A stretch of DNA of 64,000 bases. Source: Amoebidium appalachense (lineage: Eukaryota > Protista > Ichthyosporea). The stretch is taken from contig CAVNZM010000015.1 in the NCBI GenBank assembly GCA_963693365.1, positions 3,596,001-3,660,000 of the forward strand. The letters are read 5' to 3'. Numbering within the stretch: the stretch's first letter is position 1; every line of letters starts with the position of its first letter. Positions 1 through 16,464 of the stretch are shown here, piece by piece. A program made the position numbers and the translations under genes. Below the pieces are notes generated by a model. The model did no database searches, was not told where the DNA came from, and saw only the letters and a program-made list of their open reading frames with translations.

Positions 1-155
1 TATATTTTTTTTTGTAATCTTCAGCTTCCGGGTCCCTTTTTCAGTACCTGTCTTCGTCCTGGTATCATACCATCGATGAACCAGTAGCCGCCTATCCCAA
101 ATAGCCTAATAAGGCTATTTCCAATGGTTCAGGGACGTCACCGATTGGTGCACAG

Positions 156-4973
<4,818 letters not shown>

Positions 4974-5879
4974 AGACATAAGGTTGTTCATGAAAGTTCA
5001 ACCTCTCCCCCTACTATCGATTACCGTAACTAATGTACATTTAATGAAGCGGCTAAAGTTCCTAATCAATGATAGGAAGTGATATCCGTTTTTTTGTCCC
5101 GGAACTTTTGCATCTGGATGTGACGTGTATTACCTGGGGAAATTATGGTGATTTAATACCGTACTATCGCCAACACCGTTTGGAGCATGGTAGGAGCTGT
5201 ACAGTACGCAATTTAGCATTTTATTTTATTGTTAAACTTTTAGGTGCTTTTTTAAATGCATAAACCACTAGGCCCTACACGTTTCATGACCTGTTTTATA
5301 TACGTTAAATTGCCAGCTTGACTTCTTACATGACACAATGACAAACACAGAGACTCTTCAGTGAAAACACTCGTTTTTTAAGTGGGCAAAATGAAGGGGT
5401 ATGCAAACTATCATTCCTGGATTGCACCCATACCCCATATTAATCATATGAAGATCGTGTGTTCAGGTCTTATTTTTAATTTGCGAGCCCACCTTGGTAT
5501 GTACACGTGCATTTTTTCTTTTGCACGGGGCCACAGGCACAGCAAATTAAAGCTTCTTGCTGGGAAACACTCACAAAAAATCAATGTGGGAAATTAGTAA
5601 CACTAAAAAGTCTCACTCACAACACAATCATTGACGAAATGTACAAGTAACAGAATCTTATGCCATAAAGTATGTATGTGCATTTAGGGTGCATTGCGTA
5701 CTTGCGCGCTCTTGCATTGCTTTTAAGGGAAATGAAAAGAATTTACATAGTATCTCTATTCTGATTGGTGCAAGAAATTATTAACTTTTAAGAAAATTAT
5801 ATCTGGATATCGATGTTCCTTCTGAACCGAGCCTTCTCTGTACTTCCCTGTTAGGGCCCCCGGCCCCGAGCCTCCATCC

Positions 5880-5927
<48 letters not shown>

Positions 5928-6100
5928 CCGGCCCCTTCCCCAACCCCTCCTCAACCTCCCCCCCTCCCCCCCCCCCAAAAAAAAAGTTTGAAGTCCCCCT
6001 TCCCCCCATCCTCACCCCCACCCCCACCCTCACCCCACCGTGTTTTCTTATTTTGCCCCCAGCTTCGGTTAGCCCCTGAAAAATCCCTGGTTTTTTCAAA

Positions 6101-6340
6101 ACTATAGAATGGGGGCAACCCTCCAAATCTTGACGCCACCTCCAATTCGTGAAGCCACTGTAGTGTATTAAGACCATTTTCATTAGTTCTATATAATTTT
6201 TTGCGTGCCGGTTATAAAATTATTTCCTTATAACCGGCGCGCAAAAAATTAAATAGGACTAATAATAAATAGTCTCAATACCATACAGTGGCTTCACGAA
6301 TTGGAGGTGGCGTCAAGATTTGGAGGGCTGCCCCTATAGT
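6101..6340. mobile_element. Palindromic (foldback) MITE-like element
   Basis: Arm ggggca(a/g)ccctccaaatcttgacgccacctccaattcgtgaagccactgta (from 6112) is the reverse complement of the arm ending at 6334. Imperfect pairing continues to the centre (ccggttataa..ttataaccgg). Outer actatag/ctatagt at 6101 and 6340. Confidence 0.8.
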
Positions 6341-6713
6341 ACTTCAATGATTATCCTATACGTGAATAATATCCGGACCCATCACCTGTCTGAACCGTTG
6401 AATATCGACGAGTCCCAAAACTTTTGAAGGGAAGACCAACTTCAATTTGGGTAAAGAGTGATGGGTGGACGAGATTTGTGGGCGTTGCACGAATGATACA
6501 AATTGAATACTGACCCGTGGTTTTTCTTCTTCTCTTTAAATCTGAAGTTCCCAAAAAAATCAATTCAGCTGTTTAACAGTTTGATATGGAAAGCGTTTTC
6601 TAGACGGTCGAGTTCTTCCACGGCCATCATAACGGTTAGCCCTATACATATTCCTACTTCTTTATTGTTTTATAAAAACCTTTGTCACTATTCACATGAT
6701 TTAAGGAGAAAGA

Positions 6714-6907
6714 GTTCAAAACAGACTACGTACCCGGTCAGACTATCAAAATTTAGCCACCGCTGGCTAAGAGTGCTATGGTATGCGACATTTACCGATT
6801 TGCTATTAAATATGGTAGCAAATCGTAGTGACGTCATATGCCATAGCAATCTTAGCCGACGGCGGCTAAATTTAGCTAGTCTGACGGGGTACGTAGTCTG
6901 TTTGAAC
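6714..6907. mobile_element. Second palindromic MITE-like element, unrelated in sequence to the first
   Basis: gttcaaa(a)cagactacgtaccc.gtcagacta pairs with tagtctgacggggtacgtagtctgtttgaac. Inner arms atttagcc/ggctaaat, tgctatgg/ccatagca and cgatttgcta/tagcaaatcg. Confidence 0.8.
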
Positions 6908-7130
6908 CGTTAGTCGTTAAGTTATGAATTAACGCCAGTGCTGCCACAGAGTGGGAGACCACCGTGCGGCCTGTAGGGGATTATAAGCTTTAACAATTTG
7001 CCGGCATGAATTAGTGCAAACAGTGATTAGGTGGCCGCTTCTCCACAGTGACTTTCGACCAATCACCTGCTACCTTCGAAATTCTGTGGTAGCTCCCACC
7101 ATTTTTTAACGGTCGGGGTCAACTTGTAGT

Positions 7131-7179
<49 letters not shown>

Positions 7180-7211
7180 ACCGAATGCCTCCTGATTTAA
7201 AAATTTAATTT

Positions 7212-7247
<36 letters not shown>

Positions 7248-7394
7248 CAACAACAAGGGAAATGGTTTGTTTCTTGTGATAACCAAGAAGCACACGTAGG
7301 ACCGTCACCGTCACGCTGTTTGAAACCACTCATTATTATCCGTCATGTAATTATCGTTACATCACGTGCACTGTATTACATCTCATTCAGCCCC

Positions 7395-7426
<32 letters not shown>

Positions 7427-7953
7427 TAATATTTATATAAAAAAAAGCCTCATTCGATTGAGTTTACATAGTGGCTTCCCGAAGGGTGACCAGTGGCTTC
7501 ATCAACTCAGCGAATGAATCGGCTCGGTGTATATTTACATATATCTCATTTTCACACTTCACAGCAATATATATGCATGTCTTTCTGCGTTCGGAAGCAA
7601 TATTCACTGAAGCGGTGAGACCCGTCACAAAATCGAACACAGAGGCAATTTGAGGCCTATAATTGAGTGGATTATTAGAATGGTCGAGGGAAAAATTTAA
7701 TGCCGCGGCCAACCTGAATCGCTCCAAGAACCCCATTAAGCTATTAAATAATTTAAAAACATTACATTGAATGAACTTGGCAACCGAACATAGTACAAAC
7801 ACCGATCTCACTGTACAGAACATGGCCATGATATGCTCATTGCTGCTTCTAGCCGATTATACGCTCACCTAGCATGTTTTTTTTTCCCCCGAAAAAAATT
7901 AAAGTATAAGTTTTTCGTGCAACTTTAAGCGGCTTTAATATTAATCATTGAAA

Positions 7954-8029
<76 letters not shown>

Positions 8030-8141
8030 CACACACACATGTACACAAGAGGACCGGGCGTGTGTGCAAGCACGCACACACACGCACACTCAATGGCCAT
8101 CCGAGGCCCAGCCCCCCCTCCCCCCTCCCCCCTCCCCCCTC

Positions 8142-8280
8142 GTGGATCACGTGGGCCCCCCCCTGAGAATGGGCTCTGCTTATTTATGCATACTCTTTAT
8201 GTGTCACGCTTTGCACTGTCTCTGCATCGTGTTGTCCGTTGTATATGTGTACTTCGTATTTTTTAGCTCATCCAACCCTC
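8142..8280 (+). repeat. Dispersed ~130-bp repeat bounded by C-tracts (representative copy)
   Basis: Motif chain ccctgaNNatgggctctg..catactc..tctgcat..tgtccgt..tgtgtacttc..cat(t/c)caa-Cn. Related copies at about 960-1055, 3975-4095, 10439-10570, 10755-10890 and 62727-62815. Confidence 0.7.
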
Positions 8281-8575
8281 CCCACCCCCCACCCCCTCCC
8301 CCCCCTCCCCCACCCATCCACCCCCCCACCCCCCCCCCCCCCCCCCCCTCCACCCACCCACCCAGTTCCCACCCACCTTTCCTACATATATCCAAGTGGA
8401 TTCAACGTGCTGGATAAGGTGAATGACTCAAAACTCTGTTTTGTGTTCGAGTTTTCACGCCCGCCAAGGGCGGGGCTCTACTTATCTTTACTAGTGAAGC
8501 CTTGATATTCTTTGATTGTGCTCATGATTTTCTTCTGCCCCGCAGGCAGCCTGGCTATGATAATCTCTTTTTTCT

Positions 8576-8606
<31 letters not shown>

Positions 8607-9207
8607 TTCCCCCTCCCCCCATCGGTACATCTTAACCTTGTAATCATCCCCCTCCCCTCCTCCCCGCCCCCCTCCTCACCCCGCAACCCCACCCACCCCA
8701 CAAGGCTCCCTCATGACATATTTAACACAAAAAAAGGACTCGCGTTAACGATAAGCTGTAGGCCCTGCCCGCGGGCGGACCAAACGTGATTATTATTATA
8801 ATCACGGTGACACCGTGACAAGGCTTATTAACTGCCCTCCACTAGGGCGCCACCCAACCACTGTGTATATCATGATCCCTGAAGTCATGCACACAGGCGG
8901 CATTTACGCACGAAACACTTTTAGAGAAGATTGACACATGACACACGCATCCTTGTGGCTGCCACAAGGAGTTTCATTATGGCTGCCACAAGGTAGCGAT
9001 CGGAGATCTCAGTCCAGAATATTCGTATCAACGAAATTTTTGTTTGTGGCATGTCCCTATCACATTCACTGATCGCTGGCCGGCGTTTTGGATTTGATTC
9101 CGGCCATCGTCAGATTGACCGCCGGCGCCGGCCACGGCAGCGAGCGCCGTAATACAAGATGTGACATGTACCTCGATCACGGCCATCTAGAAACACCCGT
9201 GACCCTG

Positions 9208-9972
9208 ATATATAGTCATCACCCGACATCTATGTACGTGATCATGATATACCGCTGAGGGGATATTCCGAGCAAAACCCCCCCCATACCTGAGACTGGT
9301 TTCTCTTTGCCTCGAGTAAACAGCGTAAACCCCCATGTACACCCCCCCTCATAGACTCTGATCCCCCTCATAGACTCTGATAAGTATTTCTCGGAACTGT
9401 TTAAAGATAGGACCCCCGCTCAGAAACCTATTGTGTGGCCTGTAGACCCATCTATCCCCATAGAATCGATCCTCGCCTTTTTCAGTCCCGATACCATATG
9501 GTCTGTGATATCTAGTCATGATAGCTCTAGTAAGTCTTGTGGACCTGATGGAGTCCCTGCTGGGTTTCTTAAAATCCTTGTTCCCTCCTACCCACAAAAG
9601 GAAAGTGATCGTGCTATTAAACCTGATCTTACTATTACGTTAAGCTCTCTCTTTTCTTGGTGTGCTAAATGTGGGCATGTCCCGTCATCTTGGTTAGATA
9701 CCTTAGTGATCCCCATAGTTAAGAAGGACTCTGAGGGCCCCATATCATCTTTTCGCCCCATCACACTAACCCAGGTTGTTCGTAGATTCTTTGAAGCTTG
9801 CTTACTTAGGTTATTTGCACATCACCCTGGCACTGCACGATTCTATGCAAGTTGGTGCACGATATGTTGGCTTTATTGATTGGAAAACTTATTACGATTC
9901 TGTCTTCCCTGGTCTCCTATGGGAAAAGCTTGCTGCACGGGGTGTACCACACTGCATTGGTGTTCTGTTAGA

Positions 9973-10069
<97 letters not shown>

Positions 10070-10318
10070 CCAGCTGATACCGAGTGTCCCAGGGGAGCCC
10101 GAAAAAAAAAAAAACAAAAAAAAAAAACGGGGAACCCCAACTTATTGATTTTTCTTAGTCTTTATGGTGTCTCGTAGAGAAAGTAAGCCTTATATATAAT
10201 CATCACCCGACAGCTATGTACGTGATCATGATATACCGCTGAGGGGATATTCGGAGCAAAAAACCCCCCATACCTGAGACTGGTCTCTCTTTGCCTCGAG
10301 TAAACAGCGTAAACCCCC
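9208..10318 (+). repeat. Pair of ~127-bp direct repeats (9208-9334 and 10192-10318)
   Basis: tcatcacccgaca.ctatgtacgtgatcatgatataccgctgaggggatattc.gagcaaaa..catacctgagactggt.tctctttgcctcgagtaaacagcgtaaacccc occurs twice with only a few differences. Confidence 0.9.
9380..9972 (+). pseudogene. Non-LTR retrotransposon reverse-transcriptase fragment (N-terminal RT domains)
   Basis: YFSELF..KSCGPDGV..VPSSW..VIPIVKK..SFRPITL, then after a frame change FIDWKTYYDSV..LWEKLAARGVP (canonical KSPGPDG, RPISL, DxxKAYDSV). Ends in (CA)n. Confidence 0.85.
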
Positions 10319-10320
10319 CC

Positions 10321-11134
10321 TTGCTTCTTTGCTTCTTTGCTTTGATCCTCCCCCCTCCCCCTCCCCCCTCCCCCTCACCCACATCACCCCCTCCCCCGGG
10401 TTTCGTTAACGAGGTGAATAGGTCGAAACTCGGGTACTGTGGATGACGTGGGCCCCCCCTGAGGATGGGCTCTGCTTATTATTATACTCTTTATGTATGG
10501 CTTGCATTCTGCATCGTGTTATCCGTTTGTTCTTGTGTACTTCGTACTTTTTGACGCATTCAAACCCCCCCTCCCCCCAAACACACACACACAGTTTTTT
10601 GGTTGCTTGCTTCATTACTTCTTTGCTTCTTTGCTTCTTTGCTTCTTTGCTTCGCTGCTTTGATCCCCCTCCCCCCCTCCCACACACACACACAATCCTT
10701 TGGTTCCTTGCATCGTTTCTCGGTTGCTTCTTTGCTTCCTTGCTTTTATTTCCCCGGGCCCTCCCTGAGGATGGGCTCTGGTTATGACGCATACTGTGCG
10801 CATGGCTGATGTTGAATACTTGAATGTTTGCCTTTGCATGTGTCCTTCGTGTATGCGTACTTCGTACCGTGTTCCGCATTCAAACCCCCCCCCCCCCCCT
10901 ACACACACACACACACACACACAATCTTTTCGTTTGTTGCTTCGTTGCTTCCTTGCTTCTTTTCTTGCTTCTTTGCCTCTTTACTTCTTTGCTTTGATCC
11001 CCCCCCCCCCCCCCCCCCCCCTTCCCACACACACAAACATACACACACACACACACACACACAAAAATCTGTTCGTTGGTTGCTTCTTTGCTTCTTTGTT
11101 TTGCTCTCTCTCTCGCCTCCCCCCTCCCCCCCCC

Positions 11135-11171
<37 letters not shown>

Positions 11172-11268
11172 GTTTGCGGTTCGTTGCTTCGTTGCTTCTT
11201 TGCTTCTTTGCATCTTTGCTTCTTTGTCTTAATCCCCCCCCACCTCCCCCCTCCCCCCCCCTCCCCGC

Positions 11269-11358
<90 letters not shown>

Positions 11359-11732
11359 TTTGCGGTTCGTTGCTTCGTTGCTTCTTTGCTTCTTTGTCTT
11401 AATCCCCCCCCCTCCCTCCCCCCTCCCCCCCCCCCCACAAACACACATCACCCCAGCCCCCCACACACAATTTTTTGGTTCGTTGCTTCTTTGCCTCTTT
11501 GTTTCTTTGCTTTGATTCCTCCCCCCCCCCCCCCCCCCCCCCCCACACACACACACAATCTTTAGGTTCCTTGCTTCGTTGCTTCGTTGCTTGTTTGGTT
11601 TATCCCCCCCCCCCCCCCCCCCCTCCCCCCCCCCCCCCCACGCACCCACACACACACACACAAAATCTTTTCGTTGGTTGCTTCTTTGCTTCTTTGCTTC
11701 TTTGCTTCTTTGTTTTGGTCCCCCCCCCCCCC

Positions 11733-11775
<43 letters not shown>

Positions 11776-11829
11776 TTATGGTTCGTTGCTTCGTTGCTTC
11801 TTTGCTTCTTTGCTTTTACCCCTCCCCCC

Positions 11830-11860
<31 letters not shown>

Positions 11861-12027
11861 ACACACACATCACTCCAGCCCCCCACACACAATTATAGTT
11901 CGTTGCTCTTTGCCTCTCTGCTTCTTTGCTTTGATCCCCCCCCCCCCCCCCCCCCCCCCTACACACACACACACACACTCACTCTTTTGGTTCCTTGCTT
12001 CGTTGCTTCGTTGCTTGTTTGCTTTTA

Positions 12028-12063
<36 letters not shown>

Positions 12064-12160
12064 AAGAAACACAGATTTTTTCTATTGTTGCTTCTTTGCT
12101 TCTTTGCGTCTTTGTTTTGATCCCTCCCCCCCCCCCTTCCCCCCCCCCCTCCCCCTCCCC

Positions 12161-12191
<31 letters not shown>

Positions 12192-12280
12192 AAACACACG
12201 CAGTCTTTTGGTTCGTTGCTTCATTTCTTTTGCTTCTTTGCTTCTTTGCTTCTTTGCTTCTTTGCTTCTTTGCTTTCACC
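10321..12280. repeat. Compound satellite of roughly a dozen units: (CA)n + (TTGCTTCT)n block + poly-C
   Basis: Recurrent ggttcgttgcttc(g/t)ttgcttctttgc..ttgatc blocks separated by C-runs and CA-runs. Confidence 0.85.
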
Positions 12281-12391
12281 TCCCCCCCCCCTCCCCCCCC
12301 TGCCTCTCCCCCCTCACCCACATCCCCCCCCCCCTCCCCCTCCCCCCGGCCCCCACCCACCCACCCACACCCGCCCACGCACGCACACAAA

Positions 12392-12735
12392 CTTCAGATG
12401 TCAAATGGACGCATTTCTTAAAGACATCGAAGACGGTCGTAATGTGCAAATGGCTTTAGCTTGGCGTTGTAATCGGTTCCTAATGGATACATATAGGCCC
12501 ACGAAATGTATTCGTTGCTCAGGGACCTTTAAGAGGGGTTGAGTTGCTAGATGGGGTTTGCTCACGGAGGTACTCCCCCCAGAGACCTTGGCCTCTTTTC
12601 GTAGCTATATAGACGCAGTTCCGGCAGAGACCCCCCACTTGGAGGGGTTCTCTGTGATAGAGTTTATCCTAAATTTGGCTAAGTTAGATTTGGTAGTTTT
12701 AGCTTTGTCTTTCCTATCTACACTAATTTTTAATT
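12392..12735 (+). pseudogene. Putative LINE ORF2 C-terminal Cys-motif fragment
   Basis: ALAWRCNRFL..KCIRCSGTFKRG*V..LL with an in-frame stop. Same strand as and downstream of the RT fragment; homologous to 58422-58718. Confidence 0.55.
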
Positions 12736-12837
12736 GTATTTGTCCTCCCCCCCCCCCCCCCCCCCCCGCACGCACGCACGCACACACAGACACGTGAACA
12801 CACGTGCACACATACACACAAACACACATGCACAGAC

Positions 12838-13140
12838 GCACACACAAAAGCACACACACAGGGACATATGCACACACAAAGCACACACACAGGGACATAT
12901 GCACACACAAAAGCACACACACAGGGACATATGCACACACAAAAGCACACACACAGTGACATATGCACACACAAAAGCACACACACAGGGACATATGCAC
13001 ACACAAAAGCACACACACAGGGACATATGCACACACAAAAGCACACACACAGTGACATATGCACACACAAAGGCACACACGTGCCCATGCGCACGTGCAC
13101 ACACAAAAGCACACACACACCGTGACATATGCACACACAT
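12838..13140. repeat. ~32-bp minisatellite (gcacacacacag[g/t]gacatatgcacacacaaaa), about 8-9 units
   Basis: Tandem units visible directly in the sequence. Confidence 0.9.
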
Positions 13141-13724
13141 ATCCACACACGTGCATACGCGCACACACGTACACGTGCACCTACACACACACACTGGCAC
13201 ACACGTGCTTACATACACGTAGACACACACATACACACACTCACACACACACCTTCCCCCCCCCCCCCCCCCCGGATCGGCCCCCCCCCCCCCACACACA
13301 CACACACATACACACACACACACACGTGTACATACACACTATGGCACGCACGTACACACACATATACCACGTGCACACACACACACACATGCATACACAC
13401 AGAAACACACCGAGTTCCCCTGCACACACGATTGTGGCCTAGTATGTTCCCCGGCTGTTGTTTGTTCACCAGGTGCACGGGAATTACCAATCGGTTTGTG
13501 ACATAGTGGACGTCATCTCGATATGTGGTATGTGGTGTGACGTCCACACTGTGTGCCTGTGGTGTGTGCACGTGTGTGAGTGACTCTGTATCCAGGGAGG
13601 AGGAAGGGGGGGAGGTGGGGGGAGAGGGGGGGCTCCCTCCAGCCAGATTTCCACACTAGTCGCTAAGGCCAGCCAAACCCCCCCTCCCCCCCGCCCCCCC
13701 CCCCCCCCCCCCCCCCCCCGAGAA

Positions 13725-13833
<109 letters not shown>

Positions 13834-14820
13834 AAACACACACACAAACACAAACCCAAACACTAAAACCAAAACCAACGACCATGGCTGTGTGTGTGTG
13901 TGTGTACGGATTAAAAGCGAATGATTCGATATCTGTGCTTAGATTTTTTTGGCTAGCTGTTGCTATATGCCCTTGCTTTGTGGGGGAGGGGGGGGGGGGG
14001 GGAGGGGGGGGAGGGAGGGGTAGGATGTGTTGGTGTGGTTTAGTGAGGGGGGGAGGAGGGGGGGGAGGGTAAGGATGTGTTGGTGTGGGTCATTGTAAGG
14101 CGTCACTTTTTTTTGTTTATTTGCACACCTTCAGCACTGGATATGTAACATTACTGATGTGTGAATTCGATGGCTGTGCATGTGTCAGTATAACTAACTG
14201 CATGCGTGACACCCTGTACATGTACATGCGCACGTACACTGCATACATATGCACGTGGTCCATATCCCACCTCCCATTATGAAAATGAATGATCTCACTC
14301 GCTTGCTCGGGTGTGCTCAGCAGCTGGCTGTATATGCATTCGTGTGCCCATAGTTATAAATATAAGCGTGCCCAGAGTTATAATTATAAGCCTTGCTTGT
14401 ACTGAACTAACGGAACAATAAGAAAGCTTTCCCAAGATACGGAAATTATCGTAACAAAAGTTACCGTACAAAATATACATAGTTTGACGAAAGCTTACAG
14501 ACAATATGCATGGTTTGATGAAACTTTAACACAGACAAGATATACATGGTTTGAAGAACGGTTACAGAAAAAATACCTAACAAGAAGAGAACTTGGACAT
14601 GTGTGTATATGCCCCCCCCCCCCCCCCCCCCCCCCCCCGGCAGGTTCAGCTGCTGAGCCACCGGGTCCAGACGGGCCAGCCAAATAAGTTGCAGATTGAA
14701 ACCTTCCGCCCGGGGCCCACCCCCTCTCCTCAAGTCCCCCCTCCCTCCCTCCCCTCCCCGGGTATCCTTCGCCCCCCCCTCCCCCCCCCCCCCCCGGGGA
14801 AACCACCTCGACACACACAC

Positions 14821-14903
<83 letters not shown>

Positions 14904-15520
14904 CACCTATATTTAATGGCCCTGTGCCCATATTACTCCTTGAGTGAACATGTGTGGAGGGGTCACGGTTACTGTAAATCACCGGCGCTATCATGGGGGG
15001 GGGGGGGGGGTTCGTCTTCTGTGTGTGCTGCCTTCTGTCAACGAATGGCTGTTTTTTGTATGTGCGCTTTGTGTTTTGGTTTGCTTTGGGGTCTGTTATA
15101 GTCAATTGAATCGATAATCCTGATAACGGTTCACCGTCCCCCCCCCCCCCCCCCCTCCCCCTCCTCATCCCCTACTGTACCCCCCCCAGCTTCACCCCCC
15201 CCACCCACCCCCCCCCCCCTACCCCTCCACCCCCCTCTTTCCCCTCCATATCCACCCGAGCCCTTTCATACTATCATGCTTTACACTTAATGAATTTATT
15301 TCGTATGATGTTGTCAGTTACCTCCAGGACCACGTTGTATTTTACTAAAATGGTAGTGAAATTTTTACACCTAACCACACGGTTACATGCGATGATCTCA
15401 TTTGAATCTTATGTATGCACAGAAGATGCTGCAAAGAACTGCAGTAAGTTGAACGGACCCATTAGTTTCAACGATATCTTGAAAGAAAGAATTAGAAAAA
15501 ATCAGACAAAACAATACATA

Positions 15521-15562
<42 letters not shown>

Positions 15563-15792
15563 ACACCCCCAATCCCCTCCCCCCCCGTAGGTTTAGCTGC
15601 GCCACCGCGGTCGGGCTGAATATTTCCCCCCACCCCTCTCCTCGATTCCCCCCTCTCTCCCTCCCTCCCCCGGTCCCATCCGGGAGTACCCCCCCCCCCC
15701 CCCCCCCCCCCCCCACATATGGCCATATGCCCCGGCCCCCCCCCCCCCCCTCTCCCCCCTCCCCCCCCCCCCCCCCCCTTTCGACACACACA

Positions 15793-15882
<90 letters not shown>

Positions 15883-16421
15883 CACGTATATTAGATGGCT
15901 CTGTACCCATTACGTCACTCTGTCAATTGCAATATATGGTTATTTACTAAGAATAAAGGAGGGGTTTGGTTTTAGCTATGGCGTGGCTTTTTGGGGGGTC
16001 CGTATGTATACCAAACTCCTTGAAGTTCATGCTATCATGCTTTATACACACATTATTATTATCATATTATAATATATTATATTACACACGAAAACTACAG
16101 AGACTCGATATAGAGAAGATACAATTGGAAGGTACGTACAGACGATAGTTACGGACACAAGAAGTTAAATATGGACGGAAGGTACAGACGAAAGGTACAG
16201 ACGAAAGGTACAGACAAAAGAAGTTACGGACGGAAGGTACAGACGATAGTTACAGACACAAGGTATATACATACGGGGGCCCAGGCGAGCACGAACTGAT
16301 ACGTTGTATTATTTTTAGCGTTCGGACACGTGTACACACGTGTGCACGTACGTATGTCTGGGTGTGTTCGTGTGAGGGGGGATCCGAGGGGAGAGGGGAG
16401 AGGGGCCCGGGAGGAGGGGGG

Positions 16422-16464
<43 letters not shown>

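Noticed and set aside
10420-10475. Complete hammerhead ribozyme (cgaaac..gta and ctgagga)
   Set aside because: Core motifs are present but stem I cannot form and stem II is mismatched; kept only as a hint in the repeat-family finding.
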